A stretch of 64,000 nt of DNA from Candidatus Iainarchaeum sp. (GTDB taxonomy: Archaea; Iainarchaeota; Iainarchaeia; Iainarchaeales; DTGL01), in contig JAOAJX010000002.1 in NCBI GenBank assembly GCA_026413945.1, positions 21,437-85,436 of the forward strand. The letters run 5' to 3'. This document shows positions 10,087-19,962 of this stretch, one piece after another (positions within the stretch are counted from its first letter, which is position 1; each line of letters begins with the position of its first letter). The notes beneath the pieces are model-generated. The model worked only from the letters and a program-made list of their open reading frames with translations. It was not told where the DNA came from and ran no database searches. Both the position numbers and the translations under genes were made by a program.

Positions 10087-10090
10087 AATC

Positions 10091-10141
10091 TTTCATACTA
10101 TTTATGAAACATTCATTTATTTAAATGTTATGCATTTAAAT
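10091..10141. promoter_or_regulatory. divergent promoter with two inverted repeats
   Basis: TTTCATA-N5-TATGAAA (10091-10109) and ATTTAAATG-N5-CATTTAAAT (10119-10141, contains TATA-like TTTAAA boxes). Confidence 0.5.
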
Positions 10142-10154
10142 CTTGCTGGATTAT

Positions 10155-11438
10155 ATGCGCATCGCAATGATAGGAACAGGTTATGTTGGCTTAGTAACTG
10201 GCACATGCTTAGCACAAATTGGACATAATGTTGTCTGCGTTGACATCGATGAGAAAAAAATAAAGATGCTTAAGGCTGGCATATGCCCCATTTATGAACC
10301 ACAATTAGAAGCAATGATTAGAGAGAACCTTAAAAATGGAAGATTAAAATTTACCACAGACACAAAAAGAGCAGTTCAGGAGTCTTATGTAGTTATGATT
10401 GCTGTCTGTACACCACAGACTAAAAATGGCAAAGCGGATCTCAGCTCTTGGAAGAAAGCTGCCTGCACTATAGCTGAAGCAATAAATGAGGAAAAAGTAA
10501 TTGTTAATAAGAGCACTGTGCCTGTTGGCACTGCAGAACTATTGAAAAAAATAATCAACGCAAGATACAAAGGTAAATTTTATGTTGTATCGAATCCAGA
10601 GTTTCTTAGAGAGGGAAATGCAGTTAATGATTTTATGAAACCCGACAGAATTGTTGTTGGTTATGAAAGTACAAAAGCTAAGAAAGCAATGCAGGAACTT
10701 TATAGAAATATAAAATGTAAAAAGTTTTACACTGATTTGCGTACAGCAGAACTAATAAAATATGCATCAAACGCGCTTCTTGCAATAAAAATTTCATTCA
10801 TAAATGAGATTGCAATGCTTTGCGATAAAGTTGGTGCAAACGTTGTTTCTGTCTCAAAAGGCGTTGGGATGGATAGAAGGATAGGCCCCTATTTTCTCAA
10901 TGCTGGTTGTGGCTGGGGCGGGTCTTGTTTTCCAAAGGATGTAAGTGCGCTTGTTTATATGGGTAAAAGAAACAAAGCAGCACAGAGCATTGCCAGAGCA
11001 GCACATATTTCTAATGAAAGAGCGAAGCTTCAGCCAGTATTAAAGCTTAAGAAGCACCTTGGAAAATTGAACGGCAAGAAGATTGCCTTGCTTGGCCTTT
11101 CATTCAAGCCGAATACTGATGATGTTAGGAGCGCTAGTAGCTTAACAATAATTGGGGCACTTAAAAAAGAAGGCGCAATTATTCGTGCTTATGATCCAGC
11201 AGCCATGAAAAACACAAAGCCCTTATTTCCAGATATTCGTTATTGCAAAAACGCTTATGATGCAACAAAAGGTGCTGATGCTATAATAATTATTACTGAA
11301 TGGCGAGAATTCGCTAATCTTGACTATAAGAAAATCCATAATTCAATGAAAAAACCATTGATAATAGACGGCAGAAACCTTTTAAATAGGAAAAACATTA
11401 CTGATATTGGCTTTGTTTATGAGGGAATTGGGGTATAA
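10155..11438 (+). CDS. ugd: UDP-glucose 6-dehydrogenase
   Basis: GTGYVG, NPEFLREG, GGSCFPKD, FKPNTDD; start refined to ATG 10155. Confidence 0.95.
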   Translation: MRIAMIGTGYVGLVTGTCLAQIGHNVVCVDIDEKKIKMLKAGICPIYEPQLEAMIRENLKNGRLKFTTDTKRAVQESYVVMIAVCTPQTKNGKADLSSWKKAACTIAEAINEEKVIVNKSTVPVGTAELLKKIINARYKGKFYVVSNPEFLREGNAVNDFMKPDRIVVGYESTKAKKAMQELYRNIKCKKFYTDLRTAELIKYASNALLAIKISFINEIAMLCDKVGANVVSVSKGVGMDRRIGPYFLNAGCGWGGSCFPKDVSALVYMGKRNKAAQSIARAAHISNERAKLQPVLKLKKHLGKLNGKKIALLGLSFKPNTDDVRSASSLTIIGALKKEGAIIRAYDPAAMKNTKPLFPDIRYCKNAYDATKGADAIIIITEWREFANLDYKKIHNSMKKPLIIDGRNLLNRKNITDIGFVYEGIGV

Positions 11439-11462
11439 AATGCATATTAAGGAGGTGTATAG

Positions 11463-12578
11463 ATGGGGTTAATTACTGTGTCTTGCATAAAAGCAGATGT
11501 TGGAAGCCTTTCTGGGCATATCACAGTATTGCCGGAAATGATAAAAATGATGGAGGACCATCTTGATGCAGCTAAAAAAGTGGGCACAATAGTAGACTAC
11601 CATGTTTTTAATTGTGGTGATGACCTTGAAACCGTGATGACCCACAGAAAAGGGCGTGATAATGCTGAAGTGCATAAACTAGCTTGGGATGGATTCATGA
11701 AGGTTGCAAATTATGCAAGAAGCAAGAAGCTTTACGCTGCAGGTCAAGATCTACTGAGCGACTCTTTCTCAGGCAATGTAAGAGGCCAAGGTCCAGGTAT
11801 TGCGGAAATGACTTTCATGGAAAGAAAGTCAGATCCAGTGCTTATATTTGCTTGTGATAAGACAGAGCCGGCTGCTTTTAACCTGCCGCTTTTCAAAGTA
11901 TTTGCTGATCCCTTTACTACCGCAGGTCTTGTCATTGACCCGAAAGCAACTGCTGGTTTTTCATTTGAAATAATGGATGTCTATAAGCATTTGAAGGCAA
12001 CACTGCATTGTCCTGAAGAAATGTATGCACTTTTGGCGCTCATAGGCACCACAAGTACTTATGCAATCAAGCGCATTTACAAAAAGGGCAGTGAATCACC
12101 AGAAGAGAGGATTGCTGCAGAGGTTTGCACTGAAAAGCTTAATGTTCTAGCAGGACAATATGTTGGCAAAGATGACCCAGTCTGCATTGTAAGAGCACAG
12201 AGCGGATTTCCATCAGTTGGTGAAGTTATTGAAGGCTTTACCTTAGGGCATTTAGTGAGCGGCTGGATGAGAGGTTCTCATAAGGGTCCTTTAATGCCAG
12301 TGTCACTTAAGTATGCGACACCAACACGGTTCGATGGCCCACCGAGAGTTGTTGGCCTCGGCTTCCAGATTTGCAATGGAGAACTAATAGGTCCAAAGGA
12401 TTTGTTTGACGATGTAAGCTTTGATCATGTAAGGGAAAGATGCAATTTGATAGCAGACTATATGCGAATGCACGGTCCATTTGAGCCACACAGAGTTAGC
12501 GAAAAAGAGCTTGAATATACAACACTACCAGATGTCCTAAAAAAGCTTGAGCAGAGGTTTAAGCCGACAGAGGAATAG
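11463..12578 (+). CDS. fbp: bifunctional fructose-1,6-bisphosphate aldolase/phosphatase (class V)
   Basis: IKADVGS, GDD, GQDLL, DKTEP, YVGKDDP, GWMRGSH; GGAGGTG SD. Confidence 0.95.
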   Translation: MGLITVSCIKADVGSLSGHITVLPEMIKMMEDHLDAAKKVGTIVDYHVFNCGDDLETVMTHRKGRDNAEVHKLAWDGFMKVANYARSKKLYAAGQDLLSDSFSGNVRGQGPGIAEMTFMERKSDPVLIFACDKTEPAAFNLPLFKVFADPFTTAGLVIDPKATAGFSFEIMDVYKHLKATLHCPEEMYALLALIGTTSTYAIKRIYKKGSESPEERIAAEVCTEKLNVLAGQYVGKDDPVCIVRAQSGFPSVGEVIEGFTLGHLVSGWMRGSHKGPLMPVSLKYATPTRFDGPPRVVGLGFQICNGELIGPKDLFDDVSFDHVRERCNLIADYMRMHGPFEPHRVSEKELEYTTLPDVLKKLEQRFKPTEE

Positions 12579-12582
12579 TTCC

Positions 12583-13335
12583 ATGAAAGCAATAATACCC
12601 GCAGCCGGCTATGGCACAAGGCTGCGGCCTTTAACTTATTACATACCAAAAGCACTCATTGATATTGCTGGGAGGCCTGTGATTGAGCACATACTCGACA
12701 AAATAGTTGAGCTTGGCTGTATTGATTCAGTTTATATAATATCAAACAATTATTACTATGATGTATTTGCAAAATGGCTTAAAGGAATAAGTATTAACAG
12801 CAATTATCCATTTCACATAGAAATAATCAATGATGGTACCAACAATGAGCAAGAGCGCTTAGGCGCAATAGGTGACAAATTGCTAGCAATAAGGCAGAAT
12901 GGACTTGAATGCGAACTTCTAGACATAAGCAGTGATAATATATTCGATTTCTCACTTTTGCCAATCTACGATTTATATAAAAAGAAGAAAAGCTGTGTTT
13001 TGGGTGCCTATGATGTTGGCTCAATAGAGTTAGCAAAAAAATATGGGGTTTTAGCAGTTGACAAAAACTGGAAAATAATAGAATTCCAAGAAAAACCACC
13101 AGAACCAAAATCAACGCTTGCTAGCACAGGCATATACTTCTATACAAAAAAGATAGTAAAACTCTTTGAAGAGTATGCTAATGCGGGCCATTGTCTTGAT
13201 GCACCCGGTACTTTCATTCAGTGGCTACACAAAAAAGAAGATAGTTACGCTTATAATTGTAAAGGAAAATGGTTTGATATTGGCTCAATGGAATCTCTTG
13301 AAATAGCTAGGAGGGAGATGAAATGCGTGCCTTAG
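12583..13335 (+). CDS. sugar-phosphate nucleotidyltransferase
   Basis: AAGYGTRLRPLT..PKAL, FQEKP, WFDIG. Confidence 0.9.
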   Translation: MKAIIPAAGYGTRLRPLTYYIPKALIDIAGRPVIEHILDKIVELGCIDSVYIISNNYYYDVFAKWLKGISINSNYPFHIEIINDGTNNEQERLGAIGDKLLAIRQNGLECELLDISSDNIFDFSLLPIYDLYKKKKSCVLGAYDVGSIELAKKYGVLAVDKNWKIIEFQEKPPEPKSTLASTGIYFYTKKIVKLFEEYANAGHCLDAPGTFIQWLHKKEDSYAYNCKGKWFDIGSMESLEIARREMKCVP

Positions 13336-14267
13336 TTACTGGCTGTGCAGGTTTTCTTGGCTCACATCTTTCAGAATATCTCATAGCCAATGATTACTAT
13401 GTAATTGGCATTGATAACCTTTGTACTGGATCAGCAGAAAACATAAGGAATTTACCAAAAAAGAAATTCAAATTCGTAAAAGGGGATATAACAAAAAAAA
13501 TTAAAGTGGCTGGTAAAATTGACGAAATATATAATCTTGCATCGCCAGCATCACCTTTGCATTACCAGCGCATGCCAATAGAGACTATGTTTGCAAACTC
13601 ATTGGGTGTAAAAAACTTATTAGAGCTTGCAATAAAAAAAGATGCAGCTTTTCTACACACTTCAACTTCTGAGGTTTATGGCAACCCACTTATTCATCCA
13701 CAGGTTGAGAGTTATTTTGGCAACGTAAATCCAATAGGGCCAAGGGCATGCTATGATGAATCAAAACGTTTTGCAGAGGCTTTAATCATAAACTATCAGC
13801 AGAGATTTGGCATGAAAACGAGGATTGCGAGGATATTCAATACATATGGCCCCAGAATGGCTATAAATGATGGTAGAGTTATGCCAAATTTTATTATGCA
13901 GGCCATAAATAACGAACCGATAACTGTTTATGGTAAAGGTGAGCAAACAAGATCTTTTTGCTATGTAAGTGATACTATTGAAGGCCTTTACCGGCTAATG
14001 AAATGCAATTATTCAATGCCTGTAAATATCGGCAATCCACAAGAAAATAAGATTATTGAACTTGCAGAAATTATAATAAAGCTCACCGGATCGAAATCTA
14101 AAATAATTTACAAAGACATGCCAAAAGATGATCCTGAAAGAAGAAAACCTGACATTTCTTTGGCAAAAAAGCTTCTTTCTTGGGAACCAAAGATTGGGCT
14201 TGAAGAAGGGCTTTCAAAAACAATACCTTGGTTTAGACAATTTGTTAGAAAACAACCAAAACGTTAA
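13323..14267 (+). CDS. UDP-glucuronate decarboxylase (UDP-xylose synthase), SDR family
   Basis: GCAGFLG, LASPASP, STSEVYG, YDESKR, RIFNTYGPRM. Confidence 0.9.
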   Translation: MRALVTGCAGFLGSHLSEYLIANDYYVIGIDNLCTGSAENIRNLPKKKFKFVKGDITKKIKVAGKIDEIYNLASPASPLHYQRMPIETMFANSLGVKNLLELAIKKDAAFLHTSTSEVYGNPLIHPQVESYFGNVNPIGPRACYDESKRFAEALIINYQQRFGMKTRIARIFNTYGPRMAINDGRVMPNFIMQAINNEPITVYGKGEQTRSFCYVSDTIEGLYRLMKCNYSMPVNIGNPQENKIIELAEIIIKLTGSKSKIIYKDMPKDDPERRKPDISLAKKLLSWEPKIGLEEGLSKTIPWFRQFVRKQPKR

Positions 14268-14296
14268 TATTAAAAAGAGTTTAATTTTTCATATGT

Positions 14297-15835
14297 TTGG
14301 TAATTATGTCTGATCTGCGTGAGAGAATAAGCAATTTGAACTTTTATCTAAGTTCTTGGCTTGATCTCTCGCATGGTTTACACAGCTATATTGTAGACCC
14401 CATCAGAAGTCAGCTTGCTTTCATTGATCCTGATAGTGCTTCTCAAGGTGCGCTATTGCTTGGCTATTTAAAGCTATATGAAAAGACCGCTGTGCAAGAA
14501 TATTTAGACAGTGCATTGAAATGTGGTGAATGGCTGGTCGCAAACTATATATGGGAAGCAAACATATTCTACAACTCCTGTTTTGAGCATAAGCCCGGCA
14601 ATGATGAGAACTATGCATCACTTTTCGGAAACGCTTACGCAACCCTTGCACTGACAAGGTTGTGCAGCGTATTAAAAAAACAGAACATGAATTATAACAG
14701 GTTTTTCAATGTTGCAAAAAACAACATTGAGCGCTTTATAATAGCAAAGTGTTGGGACTATAAGAGATCGTTTTTAGAGTTTAGCCATAATAGTCAATTA
14801 TTTAATCTTCCGGCAGCTGCAACAACAATCCGTGCAATTATGCGTTATTCGCTTTTGGTTGATGAACCTTCTATGATCACAGACTATTGCATTCCAACAG
14901 CTATACAACTACTTAAATTTCAATATAAAGATGGCTGTTTTGCAATGGATGAAAAAGATGAAATTTCCCCACTTTTCAGGTGTGCCTTTACAATAAAGGG
15001 TCTTGCTGAAATGTGTGAAGTAAGACAAGATGAAAAAGTTGTTGAGCGCCTAAAGGATGCTGTCTCTTTTTTGAACAAGAGCGTGCATCCTACAGAAAAG
15101 CTCTATTATTATGGATACAGAGGAAACACATTCCTTAAGTATCCACTTTATGTTGCGCATAGTGCTGTAATTGCTTCCACAATCAAACAATTGGCACCAT
15201 TAGGAATTAACAGCAATGTTGCTGATAGTGTTATTGAGAGCGTTTTATCAAGGCAATATTCTAATGGCGCTTTGCCTTCTTACATTGGCTTTTGTAATGT
15301 TCTTTCTGAAATTTGTGAGAAGCCAAAGCAACCACTTTGGCAAGATGTCTTGCCTTGCCCAGCATGGAATGCTTTTGCCTTTGAATCATTAGCAAATCTC
15401 TTGCCGATTAAGGCAGAGCTACCACTAACAAACGCAGATTTTCCTTGCACATACGAGTCGAAGGATTATTCCATAACAGAAAGAAATTCTACGGTAATAT
15501 TTTTTGCAAAAGATGGAAGCATAGCTGCAAAATGGTTTAAAGGTCACAGTAATTGGCTTTTTGGGAAGCTTTATATTACAGCAACTGAAGAAAAGAAAAA
15601 AAGCTCAAAGAAAATGCTTAAAAAAAGCGAAGCGACAACAAAAAAGAAGGCAAAGGTTTCTAAGAAAGCAGCCAAAGTTGAAGTAAAGGCAAACGTAGCC
15701 AAATTAGTGGAACAGAAGCAAAAAGAGCTTCAGCCAACGCAGCCAACACAAGAGCCTGAGAAACCTGCACAAACCCAACCAGTAATTCAAACAGAGAAAC
15801 CAAAACGCTTTTTGTTTGGGCTTTTTAGGAGATAG
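14297..15835 (+). CDS. hypothetical protein, probable alpha/alpha-barrel with Lys-rich tail
   Basis: Helical repeats with QxxDGxF-like turns (QYKDGCF, RQYSNGAL); K/A-rich and Q/P-rich tail; ends KPKRFLFGLFRR. Confidence 0.6.
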   Translation: MVIMSDLRERISNLNFYLSSWLDLSHGLHSYIVDPIRSQLAFIDPDSASQGALLLGYLKLYEKTAVQEYLDSALKCGEWLVANYIWEANIFYNSCFEHKPGNDENYASLFGNAYATLALTRLCSVLKKQNMNYNRFFNVAKNNIERFIIAKCWDYKRSFLEFSHNSQLFNLPAAATTIRAIMRYSLLVDEPSMITDYCIPTAIQLLKFQYKDGCFAMDEKDEISPLFRCAFTIKGLAEMCEVRQDEKVVERLKDAVSFLNKSVHPTEKLYYYGYRGNTFLKYPLYVAHSAVIASTIKQLAPLGINSNVADSVIESVLSRQYSNGALPSYIGFCNVLSEICEKPKQPLWQDVLPCPAWNAFAFESLANLLPIKAELPLTNADFPCTYESKDYSITERNSTVIFFAKDGSIAAKWFKGHSNWLFGKLYITATEEKKKSSKKMLKKSEATTKKKAKVSKKAAKVEVKANVAKLVEQKQKELQPTQPTQEPEKPAQTQPVIQTEKPKRFLFGLFRR

Positions 15836-18800
15836 TTAGGATTTCCTCTCTTTTATCTTTGTTATAAACATTATAACTATTGCTATAATTAAGACAAAAT
15901 AAATATTTAGCTCGGCTGCTGCGGTTTCTTTAGGTTGACTTACAACTGAAATATATTTTCCTTGTTTACAATCAGAAGTTTTGCAAATACTATATCCTGG
16001 AATATCTAATTCTGCTTCAATATAATAAACACCTGGTTCTTGCACCGTACCAATTGCGACGTAATCTTTATTACACTTCATTTTTATGTTTTGCAATACT
16101 GGTTTTGAACCCTTTATTGTTCCATCAGTTGGCCATAAACTAATTTTCAGGTTTAGATCGGCTGTGCAAGTTACACTAACTTCAATTGGTTCACCGACTT
16201 TTGTATTTTTTGCATTCAAAGATTTTATTGCATAAACTTCATTTGGAAATAAGTCAAAGGTTATACTTTTAATTCCTTGGTTTTTTTTGCACGAAATAGT
16301 GTAGCCATTATAAGAATAATAGATATCTATCCTTGGTTTTATTGTAAAAACTATTGACTCAATTATCACATCTGTTGCTTCACCAGGCTTTAATATTATG
16401 CCCTTGCCTTGGATTACGCTTAGTTGTCCTTTTGGTTCTTTTAGTTCAATAGAATCTATTTTTACTGGATATTTATCTGTGTTTGTTACCCTAAACTTGG
16501 TAATTACTTTTTCCCAGCCACCAGTTGTTTGGAATCTAGTGTGTGTGACGTCAGATATTTCAATTTTATCAGTGTTGAAGAGAGTATTAGGGTCTACAAC
16601 ATTAAGAGTAACTTCCCCACTTAATGTAGCTGGCAAGAGGTTTTTATAAGGCGGTAATCCGACAGGGCCAGGAGAGCGGCTATATGAATTTAGTTTTACA
16701 TAGTGAGGCCTATTCCAGCAAAAGCCCAAAAAATAACCGCTATAACCAAGACAATCAACATCTAATGTTGCTTTTATTTTGTACTCTGAAGCGCCGGCTG
16801 GAACATTAAAGGATGTGCTCGGTGGAGCACTTGTTATGTCAAAACTTTGTTTTACTGAATTATTTTCATATATTTTTACATTACCTTTGCAGAATATATT
16901 CCATGTGCTTAGTTGAGAACCTGGCGTAGTTACTCGACAAGTGTAGCAAGGAATATTGTTATGTTGGCCGGCTGGCTGTGGTTGACCTGATGGCACTGTA
17001 CATTTAGCACACTTATATTCAAGCGGTTGACCAAGTACGTTATATTTACCAGTTGGTGAGTACAGGCAATCTTCACACGTTATATTTTCAAGCGTATTTA
17101 CACCTATTTGACAACCATTGCAGAGAGCATAGCTTTTTCCGTTTAATATTAGTTGTGGTTGAACTATATTAGCATTGCAGTACTCGTTTATCCCATGTCC
17201 ATAAAACATATCCCAAGATGAAATTTTATCGTAATCGCTTATTTTTTTCCATGCAATAGGCGGGCAAGAAGTATACCCCCCAGCAATCATAAAGTCTCCA
17301 GAAACACTTGAGTTCATGTCAAACTTTATTTGACCACCTTCTCCTTCACAATAAAGTACATTCCCACTTATAACTTTCCCATCTAATGTAGTAAAAGTTG
17401 GTTCCCAACTGATACGCATATATGCCTTAACATAACTTTCCCAACAGGCTGGATCAGCAACATCTGGCGTTGTTGGGCAAAAAAGCTGAAATCCATCTAT
17501 TTCAGCAGCCCTATGGGTTTCCATTAAACCAAGGAAAATTGACAATAAAATAAATAAAAAAGCCATTTTTATGACTTTTTTTTGTCTTAAATACTTCAAT
17601 AAGAGTAATGATAACAAAGCAACTAATGCAAAGGTTGCAAAACTAATTCCAATTATCATGGACATACTCATACCTTTATTTCCAACATCTTTTACTACAA
17701 TACCGGGAGTTATGTTTTCGTTTTTAATATTTGGAGTTTCTTGAATTTCTTTACTTTTTATTTCAGCTTCGGCAGTTATGGAATTGTTTTCTGCGAGTAC
17801 TGCTCTTATAATATAGCTTTCTGTTACTATTGGCAAAATGACTTCGGTATTTCCAACGCAATCTGAAAGTTTAATTGTCTTTGTTGTAATTGGTTTAAGA
17901 TCTTTCTTATTTATAACAATAAGGTTTACATTTTTTTCAAGTTTGCATCTGCTGCCAATGTCATCGACCAATTCTATCTCTGCAGCAACTTTGGGGCCAT
18001 CCTCTATAAATTTGCAATTAATATTTAGTTTCATTTTTACATCAGCATACTTGCTGTAATCGTAATACGTTTCTTCAATATCATGGAGACGCCCATTAAT
18101 ATCCCACAGTTTGGTTATTAGCTTACCTCTTGAGAGGTTTTTTTCTGCCTTAAATGGAACCTCAACAGCTCTCATTTCGTCTATTATCAGTATCGGTTTC
18201 ACAGTTTCATGCAAAAGAGATTTTCCGCTTTCGTCTTGAAATTCAAATTCTATGCTGCCAAGCGTTGAAAAAGAATTAAAATCGTTTATTGATACTTCAC
18301 CAGGTTCTTTACCATCACCAACATAAACAGATTCAGAAAGAGTTTCACGTATGGTTGTTGATATTGAAAAACATGCACCAATTGTTGTACTTTCACCTGC
18401 AGCTAAAGGAAACTTTGCTATTGAAGCGAAAGCTATTCTTGCTTTGGTTCCATGTATTGGGACTCGAATTGGCATAACACTCTTCTGCTGTGTTGCTTTA
18501 TTCTCTGCAGTTATTATAACCATGTAAGCCTCTGGTGGTAATAGACCAAGTTCATATTTTATATCTTTTGTTGAGTCAGCACCAATTTCGAACTCTTCAG
18601 TTTTCTGAAGGCCGCTAACTGCTTTCAGTTCAGCAATTATTGGACTATTTTCAGGAATAGCACCTTTTTTATTCAACTCTAATAATCGCGGATATTTTAC
18701 GTCATCCCACAAGTAAATTCTTTTTGTGACAATTACATCTTTTGCTTTACCAATATTTTTTAATGGAATTTTTATTGTCAATGGTATGCCATATTCATAC

Positions 18801-19414
18801 TCTGGCAAAAAGAAGTTTGGATTATACTGGGTTTCATTCACAAATACGGCTGTTCGATCAAAATATATATAGCTAACATCATTGCTTTCTTTAACCTTAA
18901 ATGTTATTCCAGTAGAATATAGACCTGTTACATCTGAGTGTCCTCCAAGACTATAAGAAGACATGTAGTAATAGAAAGCTATTTTGTACCTTCCAGATGG
19001 AAGCCCATTGGGAATTTTCCAGTTAAAATCTACATGTTGCTGGCTATATGTTTTAAAACTTATTTCGTCTGGAATAAAAAATTCATCAACAACGTCTTCA
19101 CCAAAACCGAAACTACCTCTAAAGTAAGTCAGTACTTGTATTTTTATTTTACCTTCTGACATAGGATGTTCTATTGCACCAACGATATCAAATGACCCAA
19201 AAATAGTTTCACCAGGCAAATATTCCAATTTATCTATAGTCAAATTTTCAAAGCGAACAGAAAAAGATCTGTGATATTTTTCACAAGGCACACAGCGACC
19301 TTTAACTCTAGCACAAATTGGTTCTTCCTCGGCACTAACAAAGGAATTCAATAAAATCAAGTAAATAAATAATATCAAAAATAGCCACACTTTCGAAGCC
19401 ATAAAATCACCCAT
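15836..19414 (-). CDS. large multi-domain surface/membrane protein
   Basis: Signal peptide, beta-rich domains, internal TM followed by a second signal-like segment, Cys-rich domain, C-terminal TM and basic tail. Confidence 0.75.
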   Translation of the reverse strand: MGDFMASKVWLFLILFIYLILLNSFVSAEEEPICARVKGRCVPCEKYHRSFSVRFENLTIDKLEYLPGETIFGSFDIVGAIEHPMSEGKIKIQVLTYFRGSFGFGEDVVDEFFIPDEISFKTYSQQHVDFNWKIPNGLPSGRYKIAFYYYMSSYSLGGHSDVTGLYSTGITFKVKESNDVSYIYFDRTAVFVNETQYNPNFFLPEYEYGIPLTIKIPLKNIGKAKDVIVTKRIYLWDDVKYPRLLELNKKGAIPENSPIIAELKAVSGLQKTEEFEIGADSTKDIKYELGLLPPEAYMVIITAENKATQQKSVMPIRVPIHGTKARIAFASIAKFPLAAGESTTIGACFSISTTIRETLSESVYVGDGKEPGEVSINDFNSFSTLGSIEFEFQDESGKSLLHETVKPILIIDEMRAVEVPFKAEKNLSRGKLITKLWDINGRLHDIEETYYDYSKYADVKMKLNINCKFIEDGPKVAAEIELVDDIGSRCKLEKNVNLIVINKKDLKPITTKTIKLSDCVGNTEVILPIVTESYIIRAVLAENNSITAEAEIKSKEIQETPNIKNENITPGIVVKDVGNKGMSMSMIIGISFATFALVALLSLLLLKYLRQKKVIKMAFLFILLSIFLGLMETHRAAEIDGFQLFCPTTPDVADPACWESYVKAYMRISWEPTFTTLDGKVISGNVLYCEGEGGQIKFDMNSSVSGDFMIAGGYTSCPPIAWKKISDYDKISSWDMFYGHGINEYCNANIVQPQLILNGKSYALCNGCQIGVNTLENITCEDCLYSPTGKYNVLGQPLEYKCAKCTVPSGQPQPAGQHNNIPCYTCRVTTPGSQLSTWNIFCKGNVKIYENNSVKQSFDITSAPPSTSFNVPAGASEYKIKATLDVDCLGYSGYFLGFCWNRPHYVKLNSYSRSPGPVGLPPYKNLLPATLSGEVTLNVVDPNTLFNTDKIEISDVTHTRFQTTGGWEKVITKFRVTNTDKYPVKIDSIELKEPKGQLSVIQGKGIILKPGEATDVIIESIVFTIKPRIDIYYSYNGYTISCKKNQGIKSITFDLFPNEVYAIKSLNAKNTKVGEPIEVSVTCTADLNLKISLWPTDGTIKGSKPVLQNIKMKCNKDYVAIGTVQEPGVYYIEAELDIPGYSICKTSDCKQGKYISVVSQPKETAAAELNIYFVLIIAIVIMFITKIKERKS

Positions 19415-19437
19415 TTTTGATATATAACTATTTATAT

Positions 19438-19910
19438 CTAATTAATAATTATTTCCTTTTCCAATATTATTTCTAAGTTTTGGATTTCTTTCAAAGTGTA
19501 ACCCATACAATTAAAAAAGCTAACTGCAACAGCATTGCTTCTTTCAACCACTGCGATTAGTTTTTTGATCCCTTTCAGCTTGGCTTTTTCCTCAATCGAA
19601 CTATGCAATTTTTTTGCCAATGCCTTGCCTCTGGTATTTGTCAGTAACAACAACGGCAACTTCAGCGATGCCTCTTTTTATTATTGTGGCTCTAGCAACA
19701 CCAACAAGGTGTTTAGTGGGCAATTCTACAACTATTGCAAACTCTTTTCTTTCGTCTAAAATGCAATAACGCTTGAGCATTTCGTAGCTCATTTCCTTTA
19801 TTTTTTCAAAAAATCTTTTGCGAACAGTTTCTTTTGAGAATGACTTAAAAAGCAAGCATCTTTGGAATATCTTCGGGAGTTATTTCCCTCAGCAAAAGCC
19901 CCTTCACCAT
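19438..19910 (-). pseudogene. GNAT acetyltransferase interrupted by two frameshifts
   Basis: Three frames join into one GNAT (LREITPEDI..SKETVRKRFF..AEVAVVVTDKYQRQGIGK..N..AVSFF..GY); breaks fall in a T5 run (19847-19851) and an A7 run (19609-19615). Confidence 0.8.
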
Positions 19911-19962
19911 AAGCTATTTTTCTTTAAATCAAATTTAAATTTTGATTTGTTCAAATACTTAT

